Positions 27,994-40,792 of a stretch of 64,000 nucleotides of DNA are shown in pieces. The stretch lies in assembly GCA_964016885.1 (NCBI GenBank), contig CAXHJY010000715.1:28825-92824 (forward strand). The letters are read 5' to 3'. The position numbers and the translations under genes are program-made. The notes under the pieces are model-generated. The model was given only the letters and a program-made list of their open reading frames with translations, had not been told where the DNA came from and did no database searches. The first letter of the stretch is position 1, and every line of letters starts with the position of its first letter. The DNA comes from Eledone cirrhosa (taxonomy: Eukaryota).

Positions 27994-28709
27994 TACCAGC
28001 AGAACAATCATACATACTACTTCCATCTCTCTTAACTAACACTACCACTACCACTGACACAACCACTAACACTAACACTAACACTAACACTGCCACTACT
28101 ACTATTACTACTACCACTAACACTAACATTAACACTACCACTGACACAACCACTGACACTACCACTAACACTAACACTAACACTAACACTGACACTACCA
28201 CTAACACTACCACCACTACCACCACTACCACCACCTCCACCACTACCACTACTACCACTACCATTACTACCACTACTACCACCACCACTACTACCACCAC
28301 TACCACTACTACCACCACTACCACCACCACTACTACCACCACTACCACCACCACTACCACCTCCACCACCACCATCACCATTACTACCACCACTACCACT
28401 ACCACCGCTACCACTACTACCACCACCACTACTACCACTACTACCACTACCACCACCACTACTAGCACTACTACCACCACCACTACCACCACCACTACCA
28501 CCACCACCACCACCACCACCACCACCACTACCACTATGTATGTGAGACAATAACAGTTCCTTATCTATAATTCACCAATATTGAACTGTAAAATTCTTCA
28601 TATTATTCCATAGACTTTCCTCTCCTTTCAGCCGTCATTTTAATAATAATATATTGATTTATCTTCTTTTTCCTTCTCTCTGCTCCTTCATTCTTTCTTT
28701 CCTCATCAC

Positions 28710-29235
28710 TTTTGTTCAACATGTATTTCCATAATAATTCTTTCAACACTCCTTCAGTCTTCTTGGTTTTCATTCAACCTTTTTTTTTTCAATTTTTATT
28801 CCTTCAAAATTCTCTCAGTCTTCTTCGTATTTATTCAACATGTATTTCATTCATTATTCTTTCAACTCTCTTTCACTTTTCTTGGTTTTCATTCAACATG
28901 TATTTCCATCTTTATTCTTTCAAAATTCTTTCAATCTTGGTTTTCATTCAACATGTATTTCCATCTTTATTCTTTCAAAATTCTTTCAATCTTGGTTTTC
29001 ATTCAACACGTATTTCCATCTTTATTCTTTCAAAATTCTTTCAATCTTGGTTTTCATTCAACATGTATTTCCATCTTTATTCTTTCAAAATTCTTTCAAT
29101 CTTGGTTTTCATTCAACATGTATTTCCATCTTTATTCTTTCAAAATTCTTTCAATCTTGGTTTTTATTCAACATGTATTTCCATCTTTATTCTTTCAAAA
29201 TTCTTTCAATCTTCTTCGTCTTCATTCAACATGTA
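28710..29235. repeat. 55-bp tandem minisatellite (~6 clean plus 3 decayed units)
   Basis: Unit ttggttttcattcaacatgtatttccatctttattctttcaaaattctttcaatc. Confidence 0.95.
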
Positions 29236-29443
29236 TTTTACTTTATATTTATATACTTTTCCATTTCTTCTTTCATCATTTGTTCACATTTCTTTCATTC
29301 AATCCCAATTCTTTCATTCCTTTATATAATCACTTATCTGTCAAGCCTCATTCAATCGCCTTCATCTACTCATTGCTTATTCGTTTCATTTTCTTTTTGT
29401 TTGTATTCTTCCTTATTATTTTTTCGTCTTAACCTTTTAACCT

Positions 29444-29484
<41 letters not shown>

Positions 29485-29909
29485 ACACTCCCCCTCTCTC
29501 TCACACACACACTCCCCCTCTCTCACACACACCCTCTCTCTCTCACACACATACATACACACACACCCCTCTCTCTCTCTCACACACACACACACTCCCC
29601 CTCTCTTTCATACACACACACACACTCCCCCTCACTATCACACACGCACACACACACTCTCTCTCTCACTTACACACACACACACTCCCCCTCTCTTTCA
29701 CACACACTCTCACTCTCACTTACACACACACTCCTCCTCTGTATCACACACACTCTTCCCCTCTCTCTCACACAACGACACAATCTCAATCTCTCACAAA
29801 CACACTCCTTCCCTCTCACTCAAATACAAACATTCACACTCTCTCACTCTCATACTCTCCCTCTCAATCACACTCACACACACACACACATTCTCTCTCT
29901 CTCTCTTTC

Positions 29910-29978
<69 letters not shown>

Positions 29979-30004
29979 TTATATATTTATTTATCTATCT
30001 TTAT

Positions 30005-30092
30005 TAATATTATATGATTTTTATGTAAAACCCCCGCCGTCACGTCTTGTAATGTCCCATTTTTTGTACTCCCTTGTGGCAAATAAAGAAAG
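30005..30092 (+). mobile_element. 3'-terminal remnant of a related Tx1-like element in (TCTA)n
   Basis: tatgtaaa..tgtccc..ttttgt..ccc.tgtggc.aataaagaaa matches 26751-26812. (TCTA)n on both sides. Confidence 0.75.
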
Positions 30093-30093
30093 A

Positions 30094-30144
<51 letters not shown>

Positions 30145-30344
30145 ATATCTATAGATATAGATATATAGATATCTATATATCTATGGCTACATCCTCTGGG
30201 TCGGAACACCTCGGTATCTTAAATACAAATCTGTCATAAGCATTAAAACTGGATCTCACTTAGAGGATACCTTCCAAAATGTGTCAGTGACCCTGAAAAG
30301 TATCACGACACAGCCCTTCTCTTCCTAAGACAAAAAGAAAAATA

Positions 30345-30515
30345 ATTGATTTAGGCACAAGGCCAATAACGTTGTGGTGGGTGGGGTGGGGTGGGGGGAT
30401 TAAATAGACCCCAGTACGTTACTAATACTTTATTTAAATGACCACGTAAGGATGGACGACAAAGGCAAAGATAACCTCGGCAGGATTTGAGCTAAGAACG
30501 TAAAGAGCCGGAACT
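30345..30515 (-). mobile_element. tRNA-derived SINE, diverged
   Basis: ggcacaaggcca..ccagtacgttact..taaggatg..aacctcggcaggatttga. Confidence 0.75.
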
Positions 30516-30650
30516 AAATAAAACTAAAGTAACACAACGAAAACAAACATTAATATTATTATTAATGTTATAGTAATTTTATTTTACAACTTTGGTCAGT
30601 ATCTGATGCAAACACTGCGGGTGAGAGGTGTTAATAGACACAAAGCTGGA

Positions 30651-30694
<44 letters not shown>

Positions 30695-30788
30695 AGTGAA
30701 TAAATAAATAAATACATAAAACAAATGAAAAGGAAAGAAGAAGAAGAAGAAGACAACGACGACGACCACCACCACCACCACCACCACC

Positions 30789-30822
<34 letters not shown>

Positions 30823-31278
30823 CAACAACAACAGAGTGTTTCCAGACTTTCCTTTTTCGTATCCGAAATCAGGCGAAAATCTTATCTCATTCGGCCACGA
30901 GTTGACTTTCAATGTGAAATAGAAGAATAAAAAGTGATTGGAAAATTGGTGAGAATGATTTGTTCTGTGAACTAATAGAAATATTGTATAGAGGAGGGGT
31001 GAAGGGGGGAGGAAGGAGAGAGAGAGGAGAAAGGAAGGAAGTAGAGAGAGAGGAGAAAGTGAGGGCGAGAGAGAAAAACGAGAGAGGAACAAAGAAGAGA
31101 GAAAGTGTAATAAGAGTGAGAGAGTGAGAGTGGCAAAGAGAGATAAAGAGGAGAGGGAGAAAGGGGAAGAGGAGAAAAGAATAAAAGGGTGAGAGAGCAG
31201 GGAGAGGAACAAAGAAGAGAGAAAGAAACAAAAGAGAGAGAGGGGGGAAAAAGAGAGATATCAGAGAGAGAGAGAGAA

Positions 31279-31341
<63 letters not shown>

Positions 31342-31950
31342 AAGAAGGGAGAGCGAGTTAAAGAAAGGGGAGAGTATCTAAGAAAGGGGAGAGAGTTAAA
31401 TAAAGGAGGAGAGACAGAGTGTGTGAGTGTGTGTGTGTATGTATGGAAAATAATATACATATATGTGTATATGTAGTAAATAAAAGAATGGTTTTATTCG
31501 GAGAAGTAGAATGGTTAATTCCAAACATTGGCAGCAAGTGTGCCGTAGAGATATTCTATAAATTCTATATATTTCCATAATGTTCCAAAGACCACACTTC
31601 TGTGTGGGTGGGGGTGTCTAGCTAAAATATAATATGGTACTTCGTGGAGTTTGGTATATGTAATCATGTATGTATGTATTGTATATATATATATATATAT
31701 AGGTATGTATCTCTAATGTATGCATCAGTGTTTATATATATATATATGCATGTGCGTGAGTGTATGTGTGTGGATGGATGTATGTGTGAGTGGGCACCTC
31801 CGTGTCTGTATATGTGTGACTTGAGATGTATCGGTTATTTGTGAAAGAATATTATCTGAATGTTGTTTAAATTGGCTGTTTTAATATTGATTGAGAAATA
31901 AAATCGATATGTTCATATATGTGAGTATGTGTCCGTGTATGTCCTTAAAC

Positions 31951-32016
<66 letters not shown>

Positions 32017-32488
32017 ATGCAGAGATACATAGATATATATGTACATATATATATATACATATATACACACACACATATATATATATATATGTATATAAAA
32101 CTTGCAAAAGAAATATATAAATATACATATATATAATATATATATTAATACATCATACGTACATTCATTTATACATACATTCATATATACATACATAAAC
32201 CATACGTGTATATATAAATGCATACATATAGACATTCATATACACACATACACACCTACACAAAGACGTCTGCGTGTGTGTATCTGTGTGTGATGCCTGT
32301 GTGTGTGCCTGTGGTTGTGTGTGCATGCGTGTATGTATGTGTGTGTGTGTCTGTGTTTGTAGCTGGGTCTGTGTGCATGCGTGTGCGTGTGAATATTGAA
32401 TCAGTGATATTGAACAGTCTTATCGAACATACACATGGTTGGAACGTATTTATATAACTTATGTATATGAATGTAAGTACAGATATTA

Positions 32489-32586
<98 letters not shown>

Positions 32587-32617
32587 AGATCAAAAGATGG
32601 TTAAAAGAGTTCCATGT

Positions 32618-32686
32618 ATTTTATTATGCGCATTTCAAAAACAAATATCATCATGCAATAACATTTGTGTTTTCATCAGATAAAAT
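32618..32686 (-). ncRNA. Type I hammerhead of the Naiad-type pLTR
   Basis: attttat-CTGATGA-aaac..gttttt-GAAA-tgcgca-TA-ataaaat. Confidence 0.9.
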
Positions 32687-33544
32687 AGGAAGACATGATA
32701 TGAAGGTTAAAAACACTTGTGGATAGTGCAGTTTTAAATCAACATATGAAAAGTAGTTTTAGATTGATGTGTGATATTGGGAAAAAAAATGTTGAGGGGG
32801 GTGGGGGTGGAAAGGATGAAAAAGAGGAGGATATGAGAGTAAAAAGTGGAGGGGGAGGAGTATAATGAGGAAGGATGAGATAGGAGGAGAGATGAGTGAT
32901 AGAGAGAGAGAGATAGCTTTTATAACTGAGAAAAATATATTGTTTTACATAGAGAGGTTGAAAAACCGTTGGAAGATAATGTATAAATTAAAAGAATTTG
33001 AAAATTAACGAAGAGAAAAATAATGTAAAGTTAAGGTTTGTATATTGAAGGGTTTAATAATATGTGCGATGGAAAGAAAATGTTAATATGTATTAAGAAT
33101 AATATTTAAGGGTTTAATAATATGTGCGATGGAAAGAAAATGTGGATATTTATTATTAAAAATAGCAAAGGTAATGTAAGTAAGGATATATTGTGAAAAA
33201 AGTAGAAGATGGGATGAAATAGTTAGATGAGCATGAAAGTGAGAAAAAAATAATGAATTGAGGATGAATAATCTAAAGTCAAAAAAATTTTTATGTTTAC
33301 GAAGGATTTTTTCAAGGTGATATAAAGTAATAATATATTGTATTGTGTAATAATTGTTTCTATGTTAGGCACAGTGAGAAAAGGTACAGATTAGGGGTTA
33401 GAAATTAAAAGAAAAAGAAAGGAAAAGGAAAAGGAAGAAAGGGAAGTGATAAATAGGAGTGATATAGAATGAGTAACAAGTATTATATAATGTATAATAA
33501 ATAACTTTGAAATAAGGTAGAAAGATGGGTATATTTTTAAAGAA

Positions 33545-33585
<41 letters not shown>

Positions 33586-33625
33586 CCTTTGAGAAAAGGA
33601 TTCTAAATTGATAAAGTATTGGATA

Positions 33626-34789
33626 TTAGCTGTATACTTTATGGAATGTTCTGTGGAATTTATGCAAGCAGAGAGAAAACAAGTCAGTGCGTCTATTTAT
33701 TATAGAATCTAAATTAGATATAATGGTAAATTTTTCATTTAGACAAAGATTGCAAGTCTTGGATAGAGAACTGTTCAAGTTTGAAGAAGCAGAAGAAACC
33801 TTTTTCCAAGAGATGTTATATTTAATATTTTTGTCTTTCAAGGACCATATGAGTTCTGAGAGAGCCGTGTTGGTTCTTTTAAGTTGGTATTTAAAAGACG
33901 AATGATGATTATAAATACGAGCTTTAAAAGAGGTGGAAGTGGAGCCAAAATAGGTGAAGGAATTGGTGTCAGTTATAACTTTACATTCGTAGATTAAGTT
34001 TTTATCAAGACAATGGTTGTTGAGAGGACATTTATTTTTAACATGGCAATTGCAATTGCGATTAGAGAGATTATTAACGAGTGACCTAGTGTTATCTATA
34101 GAAGGAATTGGATTGGAGAAGTTATTTGCGATAGGAATAATAGTTTCTTGATTTAGAATGGGATTAAGAACATTTAGCGAAGTTATGTTTGACGTGGTAT
34201 TTGGGTTTGCAGAAATTAGCCTAGGGTTTACAATGACGTCGGGAGTACTATTACTATTATTATGATATTCAGTGTTGGAAGGAAGAGATTTAGTATTTAG
34301 TATTTTATTGTTGTGTTTAGAGATAATGTTGGAAATGCTGGAGGATGTCGAATAGGAAAATTTTATAGTGTGTTTGTTAAATATTTTACTATAGATATGT
34401 GAGGGAGGGAAGCATTTATTTAAGGCACTAAAGAATAATTTAGGAATATTATTATTAATAGAGATGGAGAAAGGAGCATTATACCAGATTATGTTTTTGT
34501 ATCTAGGTCTTTTATTAAAGTTATTGGAATGATCATGATTAATTATTCTACTGTAAGATCTTCTAGAATTTGTTTCTTTACTATATTTGATTTTATCAGG
34601 ATAGCCGGCTTTAGAAAGCGCGTTATTATAGTAATTGGCGTTAGCATCAAAGATGTTTTTATTAGAAGATAGGTTAGATATTCTTTTTCCAATATTACTA
34701 ACTATAGCATTCTTAATATTAGTAGGGTGGTTAGATTTAAAATTAACATAATTTAGGTTCTCATTGTTTTTATGGTAAGGGTAATATAG
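33626..34789 (-). CDS. Partial PLE polyprotein: RT thumb, Cys linker and GIY-YIG endonuclease (~390 codons, no stop, no ATG start)
   Basis: Manual translation: YVNFKSNHP..KRISNLSS..YNNALSKAGY..IIWYNAPFS..KIFNKHTIKFSYS..HNNKIL..CNCHVKNKCPLNNHCLDKNLIYECKV..YFGSTSTSFKARIYNHHSSF..TALSELIWSLK..CNLCLNEK..CLH. Confidence 0.9.
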   Translation of the reverse strand, partial: LYYPYHKNNENLNYVNFKSNHPTNIKNAIVSNIGKRISNLSSNKNIFDANANYYNNALSKAGYPDKIKYSKETNSRRSYSRIINHDHSNNFNKRPRYKNIIWYNAPFSISINNNIPKLFFSALNKCFPPSHIYSKIFNKHTIKFSYSTSSSISNIISKHNNKILNTKSLPSNTEYHNNSNSTPDVIVNPRLISANPNTTSNITSLNVLNPILNQETIIPIANNFSNPIPSIDNTRSLVNNLSNRNCNCHVKNKCPLNNHCLDKNLIYECKVITDTNSFTYFGSTSTSFKARIYNHHSSFKYQLKRTNTALSELIWSLKDKNIKYNISWKKVSSASSNLNSSLSKTCNLCLNEKFTIISNLDSIINRRTDLFSLCLHKFHRTFHKVYS

Positions 34790-34791
34790 GC

Positions 34792-35337
34792 TACACAGCT
34801 AAGTATTCTATAAGTCTCTAGCTGTGTCATTCTCGATAAAAGCACTGGATATGTAATCCTGAAGATTTCTAATAAGAATGAAACGCGTAGGTTACTTCCC
34901 TTGCTTTTATCGAGAATCTAATTGTCATACGTGACGTATTCTATTCTATAGCGATTAGGTCTTCAAAATGTTTATTATAAACATACAGAATATTTTCGAA
35001 TATTCTATGTCTATCTTCACATATATATCGCTATTTCAAAGCATTTAATCCAATTTCTAATTTCTGCCGGACCGGCAACCGCTCTTTCAAACCAGTTCCT
35101 GTACACAGCTAAGTATTCTATAAGTCTCTAGCTGTGTCATTCTCGATAAAAGCACTGGATATGTAATCCTGAAGATTTCTAATAAGAATGAAACGCGTAG
35201 GTTACTTCCCTTGCTTTTATCGAGAATCTAATTGTAATACGTGACGTATTCTATTCTATAGCGATTAGGTCTTCAAAATGTTTATTATAAACATACAGAA
35301 TATTTTCGAATATTCTATGTCTATCTTCACATATATA

Positions 35338-35338
<1 letters not shown>
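34792..35338 (+). mobile_element. Tandem 310-bp hammerhead-containing unit (~1.8 copies), retrozyme-like
   Basis: Period 310 (34792/35102). HHRs at 34853-34895 and 35163-35205: gtaatc-CTGAAGA-ttct/agaa-GAAA-cgcg-TA-ggttac, enclosed by a 16-bp helix attctcgataaaagca/tgcttttatcgagaat. Confidence 0.85.
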
Positions 35339-35425
<87 letters not shown>

Positions 35426-35583
35426 CAAAGAAAGAGAGAGGGTGGAGCTGTAGTCAGATAGACGTAGAGATAGACAAATGGAAATGTACATGTATATATA
35501 TATTACGTTTAGTGATGTCTTGACTAAGTACAGTAAACGTTAACTGAATGAAGAAATGTTTCAGTACACGAATGTTTACTATT

Positions 35584-35700
35584 AATTGTTTCTATTTTCG
35601 GCACAAGGCCAGCAATTACCCAGTACGTTACTGGTACTTTATTTTATCGACACCGTAAGGATGAAAGTTAACCTCGGCGGGATTTGAACTCAGATCATAC
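35584..35700 (-). mobile_element. tRNA-derived SINE, partial
   Basis: Same family as 8430-8612. Confidence 0.85.
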
Positions 35701-36209
35701 TATTAATGTGATTTAATAGCTCGGTTGAGGTTACAAAGTAAAACTTGTTCTTGTGAGAACATTAAGAAATTAACTTTGAACACTTGTTTAAGATGTCTGT
35801 TAATTAAATAATTTTCGTCATTGCAGAGCTGTAGTTCCTTATACTATGCTAGGAAAGGACCAGATCATTATATCGGACCAAGAAAACTATGTTTCCATTG
35901 GTCTTTCCGTTGCTGATACTATCTGGTAGTATGCTACAGAATGATTTAAAACGAATTATATAAACTGTTTTTATACGAAACTACTTGAATCCGCCTCTGG
36001 TTCTATGATAGATGGCTGTTTGATTTAAAATGTTTATATATTTACCTAAAAACCTTACATCATGATTTTATATAGGAATCTTTGTAAAGTTATGTTTCAA
36101 ACATCATCTTAATAATGCGAAAGTTTTTAAAAAGAACTATACAGAGTGTTTCTGTTCCAAAGGTTGTCACATTAATGGGATATTTACATCTGACATGATA
36201 TCAACATTT

Positions 36210-36267
<58 letters not shown>

Positions 36268-36384
36268 CATACATATACACTCTGTATATATATAGTCGAT
36301 CGACTTTCGTCAAATCGGAACGAGGAAACAATGTTTCCGTTGGTCTTCCAATTGCTAATACTATCTGTCGGTCGCAACTCCAGG

Positions 36385-36495
36385 TAGAAATAAAGTGTCT
36401 TGCTCAGGAACATAACGCATCGCCCGGTCCAGGAATCGAACTCACAACCTCACGATTGCGAGTCCCATTCTCTTACCACTCAGCCACACGCCTTC
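36385..36495 (-). mobile_element. 5' part of a CORE-type tRNA-derived SINE
   Basis: ggcgtgtggctgagtgg (A box), gagttcgattcc (B box), tgttcctgagcaagacactt (CORE-like). Confidence 0.8.
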
Positions 36496-36545
36496 CGTAT
36501 CTGTATATATATATATATATGTGTATATATATAGAGAGAGAGGGA

Positions 36546-37511
36546 GAATAAGTATATTTACCAACATATGCGTACAGATGTACACTAATGCTAGCAAATA
36601 CATAAGTTATGTCATAGTACCTAGGTGGTTCTATGCAGGGGGATGCAGAACAATTATATGAAAGAGGTAAAATGAGGAAATTTTAAAATTAAAAATCAAC
36701 TTACTTACTAAAATTTTCACTCCAACTAATTAGTTTCTGTAATGGGATAAAGATAGTTACGCAATGTAACCATCGAGAATTCATTACGTCATCAGGGAGT
36801 CTATTCTCAGCTAAGTCCCCAGGCAATGCGCGGACACTAGGGACTCATATAAAAATAATAATTCGGTGGATGGAACAGCTAGCGGGGACTGGATTCCATG
36901 CACTGAAAAAGTTCACTGTCTCTGGTCAAGTGGCAGATTCTAAAGAATCAATCACGTGACACTTATTTTACGTCTTTCATATAATTGTTCTGCATCCCCC
37001 TGCATAGAACCACCTAGGTACTATGACATAACTTATGTATTTGCTAGCATTAGTGTACATCTGTACGCATATGTTGGTAAATATACTTATTCTCTATATT
37101 TATCTCCAAATTATTTATTTGTTGAGCAAACTTGCCAAATCCACTACTAATTCATTGTAGTGGTAGTAGGCTCTTGTCATAATACCATCCCACTCCTACT
37201 GACTAGCCTCAGTGTCACGTGATTGATTCTTTAGAATCTGCCACTTGATCAGGGACAGTGAGCTTTTTCAGTGCTATGGAATTCAGTCCCCGCTAGCTGT
37301 TCCATCCACCGAATTATTATTTTTATATGAGTCCCTAGCGTCCGCGCATTGCCTGGGGACTTAGCTGAGAATAGACTCCCTGATGACGTAATGAATTCTC
37401 GATGGTTACATTGCGTAACTATATTTATCCCATTACAGAAACTAATTAGTTGGAGTGAAAATTTTAGTAAGTAAGTTGATTTTTAATTTTAAAATTTCCT
37501 TATTTTACGTC

Positions 37512-37520
<9 letters not shown>
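36546..37520. mobile_element. Fold-back insertion of a 537-bp hammerhead unit (minus arm 36546-36962, plus arm 36963-37520)
   Basis: The plus arm is bounded by the direct repeat ttattttacgtctttcatata (36963, 37500). HHRs at 37375-37456 (+) and 36719-36800 (-): actcc-CTGATGA-gtaatg..cattac-GAAA-ctaattag-TT-ggagt. Confidence 0.88.
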
Positions 37521-37595
<75 letters not shown>

Positions 37596-37816
37596 GGATT
37601 AACAAATAATAGTTAAATGCAGTCCACTTAGGTGAAGTCCAGTTATGGTATTCCAGGTAGTGGATGATATTAACGCTTGGCTTGGTTTGACTCAACAAGG
37701 CGTTTTCATAGTGATGCTGCGGGTATGCTGTAATTCCTATGTTGTAAACACTTGGAGTAATAATAAATCAGGAAAGAAGGTTTACATGGTTTGCTATACA
37801 AAAAAGTTTTTAATCA

Positions 37817-37929
37817 CATAGCTTACATTTGTTTCACTGAGCTGGTATGTCTAGAGATCGCTATCCGCCTAATTTTGCGTCACTCGATCGCCAATACAGA
37901 ATTATAACCAGTCAGATCTTCGGAGCATG
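37817..37929 (-). ncRNA. Type I hammerhead with a long stem II (core CCGAAGA)
   Basis: catgct-CCGAAGA-ctgactggt...accagctcag-GAAA-ca aa tg-TA-agctatg. Confidence 0.65.
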
Positions 37930-38367
37930 CGAGAATGAAGAAAATACACAGGCAAGAAAATAAAAGAAAATATGGAGTAGTTATGGCATTCAATTAGAAC
38001 AATAACAACAACAATTATTACAACAATGCTATCAATAAACTATTTAAGGAGACCCTGACATTACTTAGGTGGGGGGTATATAATGTATCTAATGTTACGG
38101 CGTGAAAACCAGCTGTCATAAGGCAAAAAGTATCGTAGTGTGTATCAATTTTAAATTATAAAGATAAGCTAGTTTTTACAGTCTTTCTCTTCATCTTCAA
38201 CAGTATACATGAGTGGGACCACTGTCAAAGCTCAATAGTTGTAGAGTTAATACAGAGGTTAACGAAATGCGTATATTAATTTGGATAACGAGGGGGAAGC
38301 CATCATGTATGTATGTATGTATGTATGTATGTATGTATGTATGTATGTATGTATGTATGTATGTATG

Positions 38368-38393
<26 letters not shown>

Positions 38394-38398
<5 letters not shown>

Positions 38399-38630
38399 GC
38401 CTGCGACTTACCCACCAAAATTCGGCAAACCGAACACTGACCGCAACAGTCACCAAATAGGGAAGACAGACGTTATCAAGCCCCATCTGTCATATCACCA
38501 AGTTTCTATATAATAAAACTAGACCTGGACAGGAGATGGGCCCCACCAGGTTTTAAAAAGATGCCCAAGAAATCCTGTATATCAATATGGCGCCCCTAAG
38601 ATTCCCTCAGGTATTACGGGACGATGCATG
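38394..38630 (-). mobile_element. Probable 3' UTR fragment of a (TACA)n-associated retroelement
   Basis: Its terminal three-hairpin module is homologous to 3501-3554, and it ends directly in (ACAT)n. Confidence 0.5.
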
Positions 38631-38671
38631 TATATAATAAAGCTATTAAAAGAATATAAATAAATATATAA

Positions 38672-38801
<130 letters not shown>

Positions 38802-39089
38802 ATAATAATAAATTTGAAGACTAAAATCCAAAGAGAACTCGATAAGGATAAATATATATCAAATATATAAGAACCGTAGAGCAAATACTTATTTGACCAA
38901 AGGTTTCTCTACCGTTGGGGAGAATAATAATAAAAGTATGTGTTCCTACATGTAAATAATATACATAGGGATACAAGTAGAGTCCGACCGTATGCCAGTG
39001 TGGTTCAATGGCAAGTTAATAAATTAACAAACCAGAACATATAAAATCAAGGGAAAGCAAATAAAGAAATCTGTTATTTTAATAAATAA

Positions 39090-39145
<56 letters not shown>

Positions 39146-39346
39146 GCTTAAATTTGGTGGTTCACCACTGGGTAGAATTGGTCATTCTTCAATGTTAATC
39201 ATGGTGTAATATTCGGAAGGCTCTCAACGTTATACATCTCATCCATGTTTGATGTTGAATCCTGTTGCGGAATACAATATTACATTCTAGGGTAAAATGA
39301 CAGGAGGCCGGACAGGTTATATTCCTTCAAATTATTATCTCTATAA

Positions 39347-39404
39347 ACACTATGCACATTCCAGTGGCCAGGTTACCTATGAACCTAGTGACATCATCAG
39401 GTGT
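39347..39404 (-). ncRNA. Degenerate type I hammerhead
   Basis: acac-CTGATGA-...-GGAA-tgtgca-TA-gtgt (GAAA mutated). Confidence 0.55.
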
Positions 39405-39560
39405 ATATTGCATAATAGTTATATACCATAGTAATGATGGTAGACTCATTCCAATATATATATATTTGATCTGCCCACAACCTGCATTGTCTGCTGTCAG
39501 TACGTTAAATACCATAAATCTCCATTTTGTCTTTTTCCTCTGCTATATATATATATATAT

Positions 39561-39630
<70 letters not shown>

Positions 39631-40123
39631 GTATATATATATATATATATATACATTGTTTGTATTTTATATCTGTCTAATTTTTCATATTATCCAGTCT
39701 TTTGCCGGATTACATTGTTATATAATGTACTTTTGCCGGATTATGTTATTTTATAATAATACACTTCTGTTGACTTGTGAAACTTTACAACATTAACTCA
39801 ACAATTCACAAACTTAAAGGCATTTAATTCTTTTAATGGCGTCTGATAAAATTTAAATAGCTTTCATTTTCCTTCTATCTCTTCCTCGCCATTCATTTCA
39901 CATGCTCTCTTTCGTCCTCTCTCTTTCGTCCTCTCTCTTTCTCCCTCTCTCTTTCTCTCTCTATTTCTCCCTCTCTCTTCTCCCATTCCCTTTCTCTTCA
40001 CATATCTATATATCTTTCTATCTATGTATCTATATATCTATTATTCTATCCCTCTCATTCTCATCCGTTTGGTCTTTTTCACTTGCTCCCTCATAGCTTA
40101 CCATTCCTTACTCACTCTCTCTC

Positions 40124-40181
<58 letters not shown>

Positions 40182-40185
40182 TCTC

Positions 40186-40320
<135 letters not shown>

Positions 40321-40754
40321 ATGTATATATATCTTTCTCTCTCTCTATGTATCTGGCTCTATCTCTCCCTCTATATATATATATATACATTTATGCATAT
40401 ATATATATATATATAAGTATGTGTGTATGTGTGTGTGTTTGCGTTTGCGTCAGTGGGAATATATGTCTGTGAGCGTTTATGTGTGTGTGTGTATGTGGTA
40501 TTAGTTGGAAGTGTGTATGTGTGTCCACGTCACCATCTTTTCCTCCTCACTGACGCACACAAGTACATATCTCATCTCCAATCAATCCCCCCCCCCACTC
40601 CATCCAGCCCCACCCAACGTCTGTCTCACTCCCCACTACACCCACAAAATTATGCTTACATTTGTTAAATACTGTTCCAAAGACATACATACACACTTAC
40701 ATATACATACATACATATACACTACATATTACACACACACACAGACACACACAC

Positions 40755-40792
<38 letters not shown>

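Larger units (their letters stand above)
32581..34790 (-). mobile_element. 5'-truncated Penelope-like element (Naiad-type) with a ~1-kb 3' UTR/pLTR ending in (TA)n
   Basis: RT thumb plus GIY-YIG frame, terminal hammerhead, and a homologous 3' end at 48148-49050. Confidence 0.9.

Noticed and set aside
28712-30168. 442-aa and 205-aa hydrophobic ORFs
   Set aside because: They derive from a 55-bp minisatellite (not a multiple of 3) plus CA/CT repeats.
33626-34789. Selenocysteine recoding, known in some Naiad elements
   Set aside because: All visible Cys codons are TGT/TGC and there is no in-frame TGA in this fragment.
35873-36368. Diverged ~60-bp duplicate (35873-35925 and 36316-36368)
   Set aside because: Too short and unstructured to assign; likely an old local duplication.
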